Shown: positions 1 to 8,633 of the stretch, one piece after another
Layout of the letters: each line of letters starts with the position of its first letter
How positions within the stretch are numbered: the first letter of the stretch is position 1
Origin: a virus
Taxonomy: Duplodnaviria > Caudoviricetes
Virus record (IMG/VR): IMGVR_UViG_3300016484_001033
Coordinates: 1 to 42,935 of that record
Strand: one strand, 5' to 3'
Length of the DNA: 42,935 bases
The notes under the pieces: generated by a model
Seen by the model: the letters and a program-made list of their open reading frames with translations, nothing else
What the model was told of the DNA's origin: nothing
Databases searched by the model: none
Made by a program: the position numbers and the translations under genes

Positions 1-183
1 CGCCGCCTCGATCGTGGCGTTGCCCGCCAGGACGACCCCGTCCTCGTCAATCACAATCGACCGCGCGGCACCGACCTCGTGCAGCGCCGACACAATGGCG
101 CCGACGTTCCGAGGCGTGTGCTTCCGCGCGTTCCGCTTGTCGGGTGTAAGGTCTCCGACGTGCTGAATTTGTTTGGTTTTCAT
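1..183 (-). CDS. N-terminal part (ParB/Srx-like domain) of ParB-DNA methyltransferase fusion; continues at 42935
   Basis: ATG at 183 gives MKTKQIQHVGDLTPDKRNARKHTPRNVGAIVSALHEVGAARSIVIDEDGVVLAGNATIEAA, joining in frame to AEAGITKVQVVDADG at 42935. Confidence 0.88.
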   Translation of the reverse strand, partial: MKTKQIQHVGDLTPDKRNARKHTPRNVGAIVSALHEVGAARSIVIDEDGVVLAGNATIEAA

Positions 184-191
184 ACAGTTTG

Positions 192-545
192 CTACGACTC
201 AGGCTGCCAGGGCGTGTCCTGGCCCACGACGAACGCCAGCACCGCGCCGCGGAGATACCACGTGTCGGGCGCGCTGCCGTCGGTCGGCAGGTACTCGCCG
301 GTCACGACCGTCTGGCCCAGGCTGTTGAGCGCAACAACCAGCACCCGCATCCGCCACGCGTCGTGGCAGTAGGGCGACGTGCAGATCTGGTCGTGGATGA
401 CGTACGTGGCACCCGGGATGAAGATGGTGGTGCCTTGCGCCGTGACGGCCTGGGTGTAGCGGAAGCGGCTGTCCTGGGTCTGCGCGGACGCGACGACGAG
501 AGCGGTCAAAATGACGAGGACGAGGACGAGGACACGCGATCGCAT
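192..545 (-). CDS. Hypothetical secreted/membrane protein with signal peptide
   Basis: MRSRVLVLVLVILTALVVASAQ signal-peptide-like N-terminus; start trimmed from ORF 192..935. Confidence 0.65.
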   Translation of the reverse strand: MRSRVLVLVLVILTALVVASAQTQDSRFRYTQAVTAQGTTIFIPGATYVIHDQICTSPYCHDAWRMRVLVVALNSLGQTVVTGEYLPTDGSAPDTWYLRGAVLAFVVGQDTPWQPES

Positions 546-919
546 GAGATCACCTGTGCGCCTTTCTGGGCCGCGGGTGCGGCCCCTAATGCGTCGAGAA
601 TCCAGCGCGCCGCCTGCCCACTGCGGACCTGGCGCGGCGTCACGCGCATCACCTGCCAACCGTCGATGACGGCGGCGCAGAATTTCTCGCAGTCGGCCTC
701 GGCGCCGGCCCCACGGGTGTGCCGCCCGCCCGTCCAGACGCCCCCGTCGACTTCGACCGCGAGGCGGCGCGCCGGGAACGCCACGTCGAAGCGCCACTTG
801 CGGGTCGCGTGGAACCGGTGCTCGGCCACCCACCCGTCGACGCGTAGGCCGCGCAGCTGCAGCATGAGCAACTCGCCGGCGGCGCTGCCGTGCTGGCGGT
901 TGGGGCCGACGCGTCTCAT
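506..919 (-). CDS. DUF559/Vsr-like PD-(D/E)XK endonuclease
   Basis: EHRFHATRKWRFDVAFP..LAVEVDGGVW...RH...D.EK...GWQVMRVT motifs. Confidence 0.85.
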   Translation of the reverse strand: MRRVGPNRQHGSAAGELLMLQLRGLRVDGWVAEHRFHATRKWRFDVAFPARRLAVEVDGGVWTGGRHTRGAGAEADCEKFCAAVIDGWQVMRVTPRQVRSGQAARWILDALGAAPAAQKGAQVISCDRVSSSSSSSF

Positions 920-1140
920 AGCGCCCCCACGGCATGGTCCTCGAGGCGGCTGCCGGGCGGGGGCGCGAGTCGTTGCGCCCAGGGGTCGACGTGCAGCGTG
1001 CGGCGGGCGCAGGCCAGCGCGGCGCGGTAGCGGCGCTCGATGTCGGCGGGGCCCAGGTCGTGGACGCGGTCGCGCAAGTCGACCTTCGCGCGCGTGCCGG
1101 TCGTGGGCGTTGGGAGTTTGACGACCGCGTAGCGGCTCAT
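916..1140 (-). CDS. Hypothetical protein
   Basis: ATGA overlaps with both neighbours; MSRYAVVKLP start. Confidence 0.55.
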   Translation of the reverse strand: MSRYAVVKLPTPTTGTRAKVDLRDRVHDLGPADIERRYRAALACARRTLHVDPWAQRLAPPPGSRLEDHAVGAL

Positions 1141-1535
1141 GCGACCCCCGAGAGCGTGCGCCCGCCCCGCTTCGTAGCGCCCCGTGGGCACTGGCAGGGC
1201 CGCACGGCCCGGTTCCCGGCGCGGTCGGTGCAGGGCTCCCAGCCGGTGTCGTCGCAGGTCAGACACGTGGGGTCGTCACGGTAGTGGCCGCGTGTGTCGC
1301 GGACCTGGTGGCCGCCCTGGAGCTCGTCGGCGCACTCGCGGATCTGGCCCACACTGGGGAGGTAGCGCCCGGCCTTGCGGCCCGCCGCGGCGATCGCGTC
1401 CAGCACCACGGCGCAGGGCAGGTCGTCGAGGAACCGCCAGTATGCGCCGGCCTGCTCGTCGCTCATGGTCTTGCCGAAGGCGGCGAACAACGTGTGCAGG
1501 GCGTCGAAGAACTCCGACTTGTCCGCGGGACTCAT
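1137..1535 (-). CDS. Putative helicase loader/inhibitor (G39P-like) with C-terminal Cys4 zinc motif
   Basis: AYWRFLDDLP...YLPSVGQIRE motif; CxxC..G..CxC; lies downstream of the initiator-like gene. Confidence 0.55.
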   Translation of the reverse strand: MSPADKSEFFDALHTLFAAFGKTMSDEQAGAYWRFLDDLPCAVVLDAIAAAGRKAGRYLPSVGQIRECADELQGGHQVRDTRGHYRDDPTCLTCDDTGWEPCTDRAGNRAVRPCQCPRGATKRGGRTLSGVA

Positions 1536-2350
1536 GCCGGCCTCCCCTTCGCGAGGAAGCGCGCTTTTGCGTCTGCGACGTCGTGCTGCACCGCGGTGGC
1601 GGTGCTCGCACTCACGCCCCGCCATTCGGCGTAGCGCTTCCGCCAGAAGCCCCAGCCGTCGTCGCCGGGGAGGTCGCGGTCGTTCCAGGTGGTCGCCACG
1701 GTGGCGTACCACGCGAACAGGTCTTGCTCGGCGCGGCTGGTGTCGCCCTGGTGGCGCGCGCTCTCCCGGCTGACGAGTTCGGTGTGTAGTTTGGCGGGCA
1801 CGGCGATGAGCCAGTCGAAGGGCGAGGTGGGGTCGCGCGGGCGGACAATCGGCGTCCCCGCCCCCCCCCGTCCCAACCCACTCGGCACGGCACGGCACGG
1901 TCCGGGCGCGCGCGAGGCGCCGTTCGGCGCCACGGTGGTCGGATGGTGACCGCCGTCTGTCTGCCGTTTGTCCGCCGTTTGTCCGCCGTCTGGAGGCCGT
2001 TCGGCTGGCGTCTGGACGTCTGGCGACCAGGGCCCCACCGCGGCCCGCTGGGCCCGCTTCCGGACGTAGTCCGGGCAGTGTTCCCAGTAGTCATGGATGA
2101 CGTACTGCCCATCGGGGCGCCGGTCCAGGAAGTTGCTCTCTGGCGCCGTCAGCACGGCGACCAGCGCGCCCCGTTTCCCGCGCCAGCCGGCGACTTCCTC
2201 GACGTCTTCGGCCGAGCCCAGGACGTCGTCGAGCGTGTCGTTGGCCGCGTCCCAGATCATCTCGAGGCAGCCACGGAGGAGGGGCGTGTTGTTGATGGCC
2301 CTGGCCGCCGCGCGAAACTTCCTGTGCCGCATAAGTCCCAGACGCGCCAT
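1532..2350 (-). CDS. Phage replication initiator / replisome organiser-like protein
   Basis: N-terminal wHTH-like region ending in YVIHDYWEH, low-complexity middle with 11-bp tandem repeats, position upstream of the loader-like gene. Confidence 0.6.
   Translation of the reverse strand: MARLGLMRHRKFRAAARAINNTPLLRGCLEMIWDAANDTLDDVLGSAEDVEEVAGWRGKRGALVAVLTAPESNFLDRRPDGQYVIHDYWEHCPDYVRKRAQRAAVGPWSPDVQTPAERPPDGGQTADKRQTDGGHHPTTVAPNGASRAPGPCRAVPSGLGRGGAGTPIVRPRDPTSPFDWLIAVPAKLHTELVSRESARHQGDTSRAEQDLFAWYATVATTWNDRDLPGDDGWGFWRKRYAEWRGVSASTATAVQHDVADAKARFLAKGRPA
1950..2015. repeat. 11-bp tandem repeats (consensus CCGCCGTYTGT), candidate origin iterons
   Basis: CCGCCGTCTGT, CTGCCGTTTGT, CCGCCGTTTGT, CCGCCGTCTGG plus two degenerate copies at 11-bp period. 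Confidence 0.6.
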
Positions 2351-2713
2351 CTACGCTGCCTCCTGTCGTCCGCGATCCGTCGCCCGCCACACCATCGCCT
2401 CCGCGCCACTCGGCGCCGGCCGCGTCGTGCCCGTCGCTTCCACGTAGCCGCTGGCGACGAGCTCGCCGCGGCGCTTGCCGATGCTGGTTTGTTGCGAGTG
2501 GCAGCGTGCCGCCAGCTCGAAGTCTGTGAGCCCTGCGTGCCCCGCCGCGACGAGTTCCTGTAGCGCCCTCGCCCGTAGCGTGCCGGCGTTCCGCGCGGCG
2601 TACGCCGCCGCCTGGTGCGACGTGGGCGGGTCGGTCTTGCGCGCGACGGGTGTCCACAACGGCTCCGGGTCAGGCGCAGGGTTCACCAAATCGAAGAGGT
2701 AGCCGCCCTTCAC
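2351..2713 (-). CDS. Winged-helix DNA-binding protein
   Basis: ARKTDPPTSHQAA and GLTDFELA...SIGKRRGELV..GYVE pattern; GTGA overlap start. Confidence 0.7.
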   Translation of the reverse strand: MKGGYLFDLVNPAPDPEPLWTPVARKTDPPTSHQAAAYAARNAGTLRARALQELVAAGHAGLTDFELAARCHSQQTSIGKRRGELVASGYVEATGTTRPAPSGAEAMVWRATDRGRQEAA

Positions 2714-3474
2714 GCCGTCACCTCGCCCCACAGCGGTAGCGCCCGCTGGCGTAGCCGCTTGACCGCCACTTCGCAGTAGCGCTCGCTGATCTCCACACCA
2801 ATCGCTTTGCGCCCAAGTCGCTTCGCCGCGACGAGCGTCGTGCCGCTGCCGGCGAATGGGTCGCAGATCATCTCGCCTACGTCGGTAAACAGTGACACGA
2901 GTTCAGACATGAGCGCTTCGGGCTTGGCTGTGGGGTGCGCCCGCAAGTTCTTGCCGTAGTTGTTCACGCCGTACTCGAACACGCCGCGGCGGCCGCCACC
3001 ATTCCAGCGTTTGCGTCCTTTGCGGTGCGCCACGGCAATCGCCTCAGCGCCAGCGCCAGGCCGGTCCCCGGTGAACTGCGGCGCGCTGTCCGGCTTGACC
3101 CACACACACGTCCGCACGTAGTCGAATCCAGCCCGTTCGATATCTGCGCGCCACAGGTGCGCCAGTTCCAAGTCGCAGAACATCAGCGCCCAGCGTGTGA
3201 CGTTCGCGGCGCACCACTCAGCTAACGCCGTACGTTGTTCTGCGGTCACTGGCGGGAATCCCAACTCGTCATGCTTCCCAGCGCCGTGGAAGCTGCGCGG
3301 ATACCGCCGCTTCAGTTCCTCAAACGACAGACCGCTTTGCCACTGCTTGCTATGGACGTGTTCGCTATACGGTGGATCTGTGATGACGTGGTCCACCTGC
3401 CCCAGCGTCGGCAGCACGTCGCGGCAGTCCGCGCAGTACAGCGTCACGCCGTCCTCGTCGTAATACGGCGTCAC
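2710..3474 (-). CDS. N6-adenine/N4-cytosine DNA methyltransferase (beta class)
   Basis: ITDPPY, HPTAKPEAL and DPFAGSGTT motifs. Confidence 0.92.
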   Translation of the reverse strand: MTPYYDEDGVTLYCADCRDVLPTLGQVDHVITDPPYSEHVHSKQWQSGLSFEELKRRYPRSFHGAGKHDELGFPPVTAEQRTALAEWCAANVTRWALMFCDLELAHLWRADIERAGFDYVRTCVWVKPDSAPQFTGDRPGAGAEAIAVAHRKGRKRWNGGGRRGVFEYGVNNYGKNLRAHPTAKPEALMSELVSLFTDVGEMICDPFAGSGTTLVAAKRLGRKAIGVEISERYCEVAVKRLRQRALPLWGEVTA

Positions 3475-4082
3475 GCCGTCCTCCACAACCACGGTTGCGC
3501 TTTCTCCGCCCGTGCCCATGCGATGCCAGTCGGGAGGTGCGTCTCCGACCAGCGCGAGAACTTGGACCCGTCAATCGAATCCACGCCCCACGACGCCGCG
3601 ATCCGCATCCGCTTGCGCGTGTTGACCCGGCCCATATGCACCCACCGCCCCGTCGCGTGCGCGAAGTCCACCAGATCGCGCGCCTCGCGCGAGAGTTTGT
3701 AGTCCGTGGTCCCGCCAATGAACAACTCCGCCGCACTGGCTGGCACGTCCTGGCAGCCATCCTGCGCGACAAACGCGGCCGGGTACCCATAGGCGTGGAC
3801 CACGGGCGACCACCGCTGCCACATCTTCAGCGTCGTCTTGGCGTCGGCCACCTTATCGGGCACGACCACAAACAGGCACCCAGGCAACCCACGCAGTTCG
3901 TTCAGCATGTCGATCCAGGCGTCTACATCGAGGCCGGTGAAACACCCGTTGTCTGCCGCCCACTGCCACCCGTCCGCGAGTGTGCGGAGGTTGTCGCCCT
4001 GCGTCGGGACAAACAGTCGGCCTAACGTCTCGCTCGGACCCAGTCTCGCCATCGTCCGCGTGGCCCCTGACACCAGCAGCAT
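3471..4082 (-). CDS. TGT/DpdA-like (guanine transglycosylase-fold) protein
   Basis: WAADNGCF, VVPDKV, VAQDG, FIGG, VHMGRVN and DSIDGS motifs in TGT-like order. Confidence 0.6.
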   Translation of the reverse strand: MLLVSGATRTMARLGPSETLGRLFVPTQGDNLRTLADGWQWAADNGCFTGLDVDAWIDMLNELRGLPGCLFVVVPDKVADAKTTLKMWQRWSPVVHAYGYPAAFVAQDGCQDVPASAAELFIGGTTDYKLSREARDLVDFAHATGRWVHMGRVNTRKRMRIAASWGVDSIDGSKFSRWSETHLPTGIAWARAEKAQPWLWRTA

Positions 4083-4348
4083 CACAGTCCCATCCACCGT
4101 CCTGCCTGCCCCGTGCGGCACAGCGTGAGCCACTGCTCAATGAGGTGTTGCCGTTCAATCTCGGCGGGGCGCGCAGGCCGCACCGTCGTAAACGTCAGCG
4201 TCCAGTCCTCGCCCTCACACACCCGCGCCCGCGCTTCCGCGTCCTCGCGCGTCTCCGCCTCCACCACCCGCCGTGCGCCGTAGCGCGTGGCATGGAACTC
4301 TGGATGCCCGGTGTTCCGCGCGTCGTAGCACACCAGCCAGGAGATCAC
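4082..4348 (-). CDS. Hypothetical protein
   Basis: GTG start (VISWLVCYD) with coupled overlaps on both sides. Confidence 0.55.
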   Translation of the reverse strand: MISWLVCYDARNTGHPEFHATRYGARRVVEAETREDAEARARVCEGEDWTLTFTTVRPARPAEIERQHLIEQWLTLCRTGQAGRWMGL

Positions 4349-4503
4349 GCCGTCCTCCGCATCGCCCGCCGCACCCGCGCGTAGGCGCGGTGATACGCCC
4401 GTCGCCACGCGCGACGGCACGCCGCGCAGCGCTGGTGATTGCGGGCCACCGGCAACTGCGCGCCGCAGCCGCCACGGCAGGACTTCGTCACGGACGCACT
4501 CAC
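4345..4503 (-). CDS. Small Cys/Arg-rich putative zinc-binding protein
   Basis: Read by hand: VSASVTKSCRGGCGAQLPVARNHQRCAACRRAWRRAYHRAYARVRRAMRRTA; GTGA overlaps at both ends. Confidence 0.5.
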   Translation of the reverse strand: MSASVTKSCRGGCGAQLPVARNHQRCAACRRAWRRAYHRAYARVRRAMRRTA

Positions 4504-4739
4504 CACGTCCCCCAGGGCGAGTGAGAGACGGCGACTGGTTCCTCCCGGCTTGCCTCAACGCCCACACTCGGTTCGTTGTCACCGGCAGTCGCCGTCCCCT
4601 GGGACGCCCGTCCCAGTCTGGTGCGCTCCCGGCCGTCCGGCGTCGGATAGATGACGCGCGGCGGGGGGAGGGGCTTGGACTCAAGGAGGGCGCGTAGCCC
4701 CGCGACGAGATCCGCGTGCGTGAGATCCCACCACGTCAT
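4500..4739 (-). CDS. Hypothetical protein
   Basis: ATGA-coupled ORF MTWWDLTHADL. Confidence 0.5.
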   Translation of the reverse strand: MTWWDLTHADLVAGLRALLESKPLPPPRVIYPTPDGRERTRLGRASQGTATAGDNEPSVGVEASREEPVAVSHSPWGTW

Positions 4740-5221
4740 CGCAGTGCCTCGTCGAGACGGGCCAAGATGTCTACGCACATCTCGACCGTCGTCTGATGTA
4801 CAAGAAAGTCGTGCGGGCCGACATTACGATCTCGCTGCTTCAGCACTTCGCGTAGTGCTCCCGCGCTCTCCCGCAGCAGCGCGAGGGCCGTGTCGCGCTC
4901 CGTCCACGCTTCCAGCATCGACCGGGTCGCCGCTGTCGCTTTGGCGCTGGCCTCGTCCCGCTCCCGCCGCAGCGTCTCGTTGCCCTCGATGAGCCGGGTC
5001 AGACGGTCCTGCATCAGGCGGCAGTTTTCTGCCTCGGCATCCCGCTCAAGGCGGAAGTTGTTGGCGACTTCAATCCACTCGCCTTTCTGCTCCTCCTCTT
5101 GGTCCCGCTCCCGCCGGGTGGCGGCGAGTTCCTCCTCTAACCTATCGATGCGGTCTGCCGCAGCCGTCGTTGTGGGATACCCAATACCGCGTAGGTTGTC
5201 CGTGAGGGCGTCTTTACTCAT
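4736..5221 (-). CDS. Coiled-coil protein (Ead/Ea22-like mosaic)
   Basis: AADRIDRLEEELAA, LRRERDEA and ERDTALALLR modules. Confidence 0.65.
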   Translation of the reverse strand: MSKDALTDNLRGIGYPTTTAAADRIDRLEEELAATRRERDQEEEQKGEWIEVANNFRLERDAEAENCRLMQDRLTRLIEGNETLRRERDEASAKATAATRSMLEAWTERDTALALLRESAGALREVLKQRDRNVGPHDFLVHQTTVEMCVDILARLDEALR

Positions 5222-5552
5222 CGTGTGCCTCCCGCTTCCGCCACCGTGGGCACGTCATGTCAAAGTCCACCTGATGCCCGCGCAAGTTGCAGTAGCCGGG
5301 GTCATACTCTCCGCAGGACTCACAACGCTTCGCCACTTCAGCGGCATGGGCGGCGCGTTCGGCCTCTAGCGCCTCAGCGGCGGCGGTCAGGGCTTGTGCC
5401 GCATTCGCCGTGACTGTCTCGGCCCGCTCCCGCGCCTCGGTGAGTTGCTGGCGCAGGGAGATGATCTTGGCAGCGGCGTCACGAAACAACATTGCCGGAA
5501 CTCCGAGATACGTAGTCCCGAAATCGCGCAGTCGTTCCACAAGGTCGCTCAC
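5214..5552 (-). CDS. Coiled-coil protein with C-terminal Cys4 motif
   Basis: VSDLVERLR start; LRQQL; KRCESC...C...CPRW. Confidence 0.65.
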   Translation of the reverse strand: MSDLVERLRDFGTTYLGVPAMLFRDAAAKIISLRQQLTEARERAETVTANAAQALTAAAEALEAERAAHAAEVAKRCESCGEYDPGYCNLRGHQVDFDMTCPRWRKREAHDE

Positions 5553-5890
5553 GTCGCACCATCCTTCGCCCGCCAGTAGGGGCAGCCGTGCGAGGCTGGC
5601 CACGCCATCGACCATTCGCATCCATCAAGCGCATCAGCGCACACGCTGAGCGTGCTGACACATTGCCCATGTGGTTCCACGACCAGACTACCTTGCGGAA
5701 CCTCCAGCCAATCCGCGCACGTTCCGCAGCGCTTCTGGCGCTCGGCGGCGAGTTGCTGGCGCAGGGCCAGAATTTCGTCGTGGGCGTGGCCGAGTTCCAC
5801 GAGTTGCTGGCGCAGGGCGGCGATCAACTGATCGCGTTCCATCAATGTCTCGCGCCACGACTGATCGCTGATTCGATGTTGGTCGCTCAC
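5549..5890 (-). CDS. Coiled-coil protein with C-terminal Cys-rich motif
   Basis: LRQQL twice; KRCGTC...C...C...CPYW. Confidence 0.65.
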   Translation of the reverse strand: MSDQHRISDQSWRETLMERDQLIAALRQQLVELGHAHDEILALRQQLAAERQKRCGTCADWLEVPQGSLVVEPHGQCVSTLSVCADALDGCEWSMAWPASHGCPYWRAKDGAT

Positions 5891-7452
5891 TTCGCCTCCA
5901 ATGCGGCGTCGATGCGGGCCAGCAGGTCGGCATTAATGCCGTTCGGGTAGTTCTCGCGGATCTGCCGCAGCAAGGCGAGGGCCGTATCGCGCTCAGAGGT
6001 AGCCTTGAACGCCGCCACTTCCTCGCGATCCAGCCGCTTTTGGGTTTCGCGCAGTAGCGCTTGCGCCTCGTCCCGCTCCCGCCGCAGGTTCTCGATCTCA
6101 TTAGCAGCGTCAGCGCACAACACCGCCGACAGGCCACACTCGATGCACCCATGACGGAACGATGCGCCCGACTTGGCTTCTTCCACGTCAGCCAGCCGTT
6201 GCAGGATGTCACTCACGATGCCCTCCCCAGCAACCGTTGTTTGGCAGTCGCCCTGTTTCTGGAGCCGCGCCTCGGCGAGTTGATCTGACAATTCACCCGC
6301 ATCGCGCACCAGCCGTCCGTTCTCAGTGTTCGCCTTGATGAGTTGCTCCTCCATCCGCGTGATCGTGGCGTTCTTCGCCTTGACCATCTCGGCGAGTTGC
6401 TGGCGCAGCGTGCTCATCTCATACTGTTCCGTCCGCAGTTGGTCGTGCAGATTCGCCTGTGTCGTGTTGGCAATGATGAGTTGTCCACGCACCACTTCCA
6501 GTGCTTGCTGGTCGTTGCGCTTATCTGCCGCATGGGCGGCGCGTTCGGCCTCTAGGGCGGCAGCCTTCTCTTGGACAATGCGCGGGATCGCGGTGAGGGC
6601 CGCTTCGGTGAACGGAAAACACTCCGGCCACGCCTCGTGAATCGCGCCGTACGCGGCCAGCCATGCCTCCGAGTGAGTCTTAAGGTGGCGCACATCTGAC
6701 TCCGCCTGCTCGGCTCGCTCCCGCGCCTCCGCGACCGCAGCCACGAGACGCTCATTCTGCGCCTTGCTGTCGGCGGCAGTCTGCTCAGCCCGTGAACGTG
6801 CCGCCGTCTCCTTGGCGAGATACTCGGTCTTCAGTTCGCAAGACAGGCGGTTCAGTTCAGCCTGCTTTGCGGCCTCCTGATACGCCACCCTCATGCGGTT
6901 GTAGTCCTTGATGCTGGCGCTAAGCGCCTCGCTCAATCGACGGCATTCGATGGTGAGTTGCTCAGCCCGCTCCCGCGCCTCGGCGAGTTCCGCAAGGAAC
7001 GTCTCGCCCCGTTCGACTGCGTTCCTCCAGCGCTCGTTCGCCTCGGCGAGTTGCTGGCGCAGGTCAGCCACCACGATCCCCAGCGTCTTGACCTGTTCGC
7101 GGGCCTCGTCGCGCTCGGTCATACGTTCGCAGAGTGCCGCTTCCCACCGCTCGGCCCGGTCGTTCGCGTCACGCAGGGCTTGGAGCGTGCCCTTGTCGGC
7201 GAGGGCGGCGAGTTGCTGGCGCAGGGCGTCTACCGCCGCGAGCGCCCACGACCGCCACTGGTCAGGTGTGAATCCGTAGTAGCCGTCAGGACCAACACTG
7301 GCGAGTTCTTCGCCGACTCGTAAGGCCACCTGCCGCCAGTCCGTCGCCGTCGCCATGTTCGCGACATTCGCGGCCTTCAGCGCGTCCCGCTCCTGCATCA
7401 GATCGAGGTAGCGGCGTTGCAGTTCGACTAACCCCTCGTCGGTGATCGTCAT
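5887..7452 (-). CDS. Long coiled-coil mosaic protein (possible internal start at 6216)
   Basis: 521-aa ORF with repeated LRQQLAE / AEARERAE; in-frame GTG at 6216 preceded by GGGGAGG. Confidence 0.7.
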   Translation of the reverse strand: MTITDEGLVELQRRYLDLMQERDALKAANVANMATATDWRQVALRVGEELASVGPDGYYGFTPDQWRSWALAAVDALRQQLAALADKGTLQALRDANDRAERWEAALCERMTERDEAREQVKTLGIVVADLRQQLAEANERWRNAVERGETFLAELAEARERAEQLTIECRRLSEALSASIKDYNRMRVAYQEAAKQAELNRLSCELKTEYLAKETAARSRAEQTAADSKAQNERLVAAVAEARERAEQAESDVRHLKTHSEAWLAAYGAIHEAWPECFPFTEAALTAIPRIVQEKAAALEAERAAHAADKRNDQQALEVVRGQLIIANTTQANLHDQLRTEQYEMSTLRQQLAEMVKAKNATITRMEEQLIKANTENGRLVRDAGELSDQLAEARLQKQGDCQTTVAGEGIVSDILQRLADVEEAKSGASFRHGCIECGLSAVLCADAANEIENLRRERDEAQALLRETQKRLDREEVAAFKATSERDTALALLRQIRENYPNGINADLLARIDAALEAK

Positions 7453-7637
7453 ACGCCCGCCTCCGGGTCGTCACTGCGTGCCAAGTCCCGCAAGTGCGCC
7501 CGCCGCCACTGCTGGAGGGCTTCCCGTTCGGCTTCGCGTTCCTGGCGGGCGCTGGTGGCGCAGAGTGCCCACACCAACAACAGCGCCCCACCCGCCACGA
7601 CCACCAGCGACGTGACGATCACGCCCAGGACGTTCAT
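7449..7637 (-). CDS. Small single-pass membrane protein
   Basis: Hydrophobic N-terminus MNVLGVIVTSLVVVAGGALLLVWAL; ATGA overlaps. Confidence 0.6.
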   Translation of the reverse strand: MNVLGVIVTSLVVVAGGALLLVWALCATSARQEREAEREALQQWRRAHLRDLARSDDPEAGV

Positions 7638-8413
7638 GCCGTCACCTCGTCGTCCACAAAACACCCACACCCACCGAGGTCGAACAGATCCACTTGCTGG
7701 CCGGCATCGATCCGAGCGCGTAGTGCCGAGAGCGGCAAGGGACGCGACACACCACCCGTCCGATCTCGGAGAATCGCCACGTCCCCTAACTGATCCCGCA
7801 GGTCCTGCTCGTGCGATTCCCAGGAGGCGAACACCTCCGGCAGCGCACGGTAGAGATGCGCGAAGTGCCCCACGCCGGCCTTCACGCAGCCGCCGCCACA
7901 GTTGTTGTGCGCGAATCCGAGGCCGTACAGGCGTGGTGGAGCGATGCCGAGGTCTTTCAACCAGTCGAGCATGTCCCGCTTTGTCAGATAGCGCGGGGCC
8001 AACAGTGGGGCCTCATACCGCCACGGCCGCTTCCGATCGCGGAGTTGTTCGTAGCGGTGCGCCTCCGTCCAGTCGATGCCGACATACACCACGGTATCGC
8101 GCGGATCACAGTACCGGTCGAGCCACCTGTCGGCGACTTCCCGCTTCAGCACCCGCGAGCACGGGTCCACCCGCGACGTGCCCAGGAACTTCACGTCCGC
8201 GAAGACTTGCCAGATATCCCGGCCCTCCGCGACCGTCACCAACTCGCCCCCCACGTCCGCTGCCGCCTCAGTAATGAAGCGGTACAGGTCGGAGTCTTCG
8301 GTCTTGGTGTCGCAGAACAACAGGATGAGGTCGTCTGTCCCGTGGTCCGCTGCCACCCGCTTCGCCTCCGCCCAACTCCCGATCCCGCCGGAGAACATCA
8401 CGACGTGTCTCAC
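7634..8413 (-). CDS. PAPS-reductase-like / PP-loop adenine nucleotide alpha-hydrolase protein
   Basis: VVMFSGGIGS PP-loop, CSRVLK, HNNCGGGCVKAG and C-terminal GGCGC. Confidence 0.8.
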   Translation of the reverse strand: MRHVVMFSGGIGSWAEAKRVAADHGTDDLILLFCDTKTEDSDLYRFITEAAADVGGELVTVAEGRDIWQVFADVKFLGTSRVDPCSRVLKREVADRWLDRYCDPRDTVVYVGIDWTEAHRYEQLRDRKRPWRYEAPLLAPRYLTKRDMLDWLKDLGIAPPRLYGLGFAHNNCGGGCVKAGVGHFAHLYRALPEVFASWESHEQDLRDQLGDVAILRDRTGGVSRPLPLSALRARIDAGQQVDLFDLGGCGCFVDDEVTA

Positions 8414-8628
8414 GCCTCACCTACCGGGAGTTCCTGGATCGCTTCCTCGCACACCGTCACGGCCCGCTGCACCGTCACGAGCCTGGTGTCGTAGGTGTTG
8501 TGGGCCGGCTTGAGTAAGTTGACGACGTTGCCGAAGGTCGCGTACGCCTGCGTCAACGCCAGGGCCAGCCGCGCGAGCTCGTCGGCCAACGCCTCGTGAT
8601 CACGGGACACTTCGCAGCTACACGACAT
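8410..8628 (-). CDS. Hypothetical protein
   Basis: 72-aa ORF with GAGG upstream and coupled stop. Confidence 0.5.
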   Translation of the reverse strand: MSCSCEVSRDHEALADELARLALALTQAYATFGNVVNLLKPAHNTYDTRLVTVQRAVTVCEEAIQELPVGEA

Positions 8629-8633
8629 GGCGG

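Larger units (their letters stand above)
4881..7224. repeat. Dispersed short direct repeats shared among the coiled-coil genes
   Basis: GAGTTGCTGGCGCAG at 5442, 5750, 5801, 6394, 7048, 7210; 26-bp repeat at 5344/6530; 23-bp repeat at 4950/6065; 20-bp repeat (1 mismatch) at 4881/5975. Confidence 0.85.

Noticed and set aside
4881-7224. Repeats as a diversity-generating retroelement or CRISPR mini-array
   Set aside because: No reverse transcriptase, no long TR/VR pair with adenine-specific mismatches, and spacing is irregular and coding
7634-8413. Sulfate-assimilation auxiliary metabolic gene (cysH) or queC
   Set aside because: Only the PP-loop is shared; the Cys pattern and context fit a phage-specific family of unknown activity
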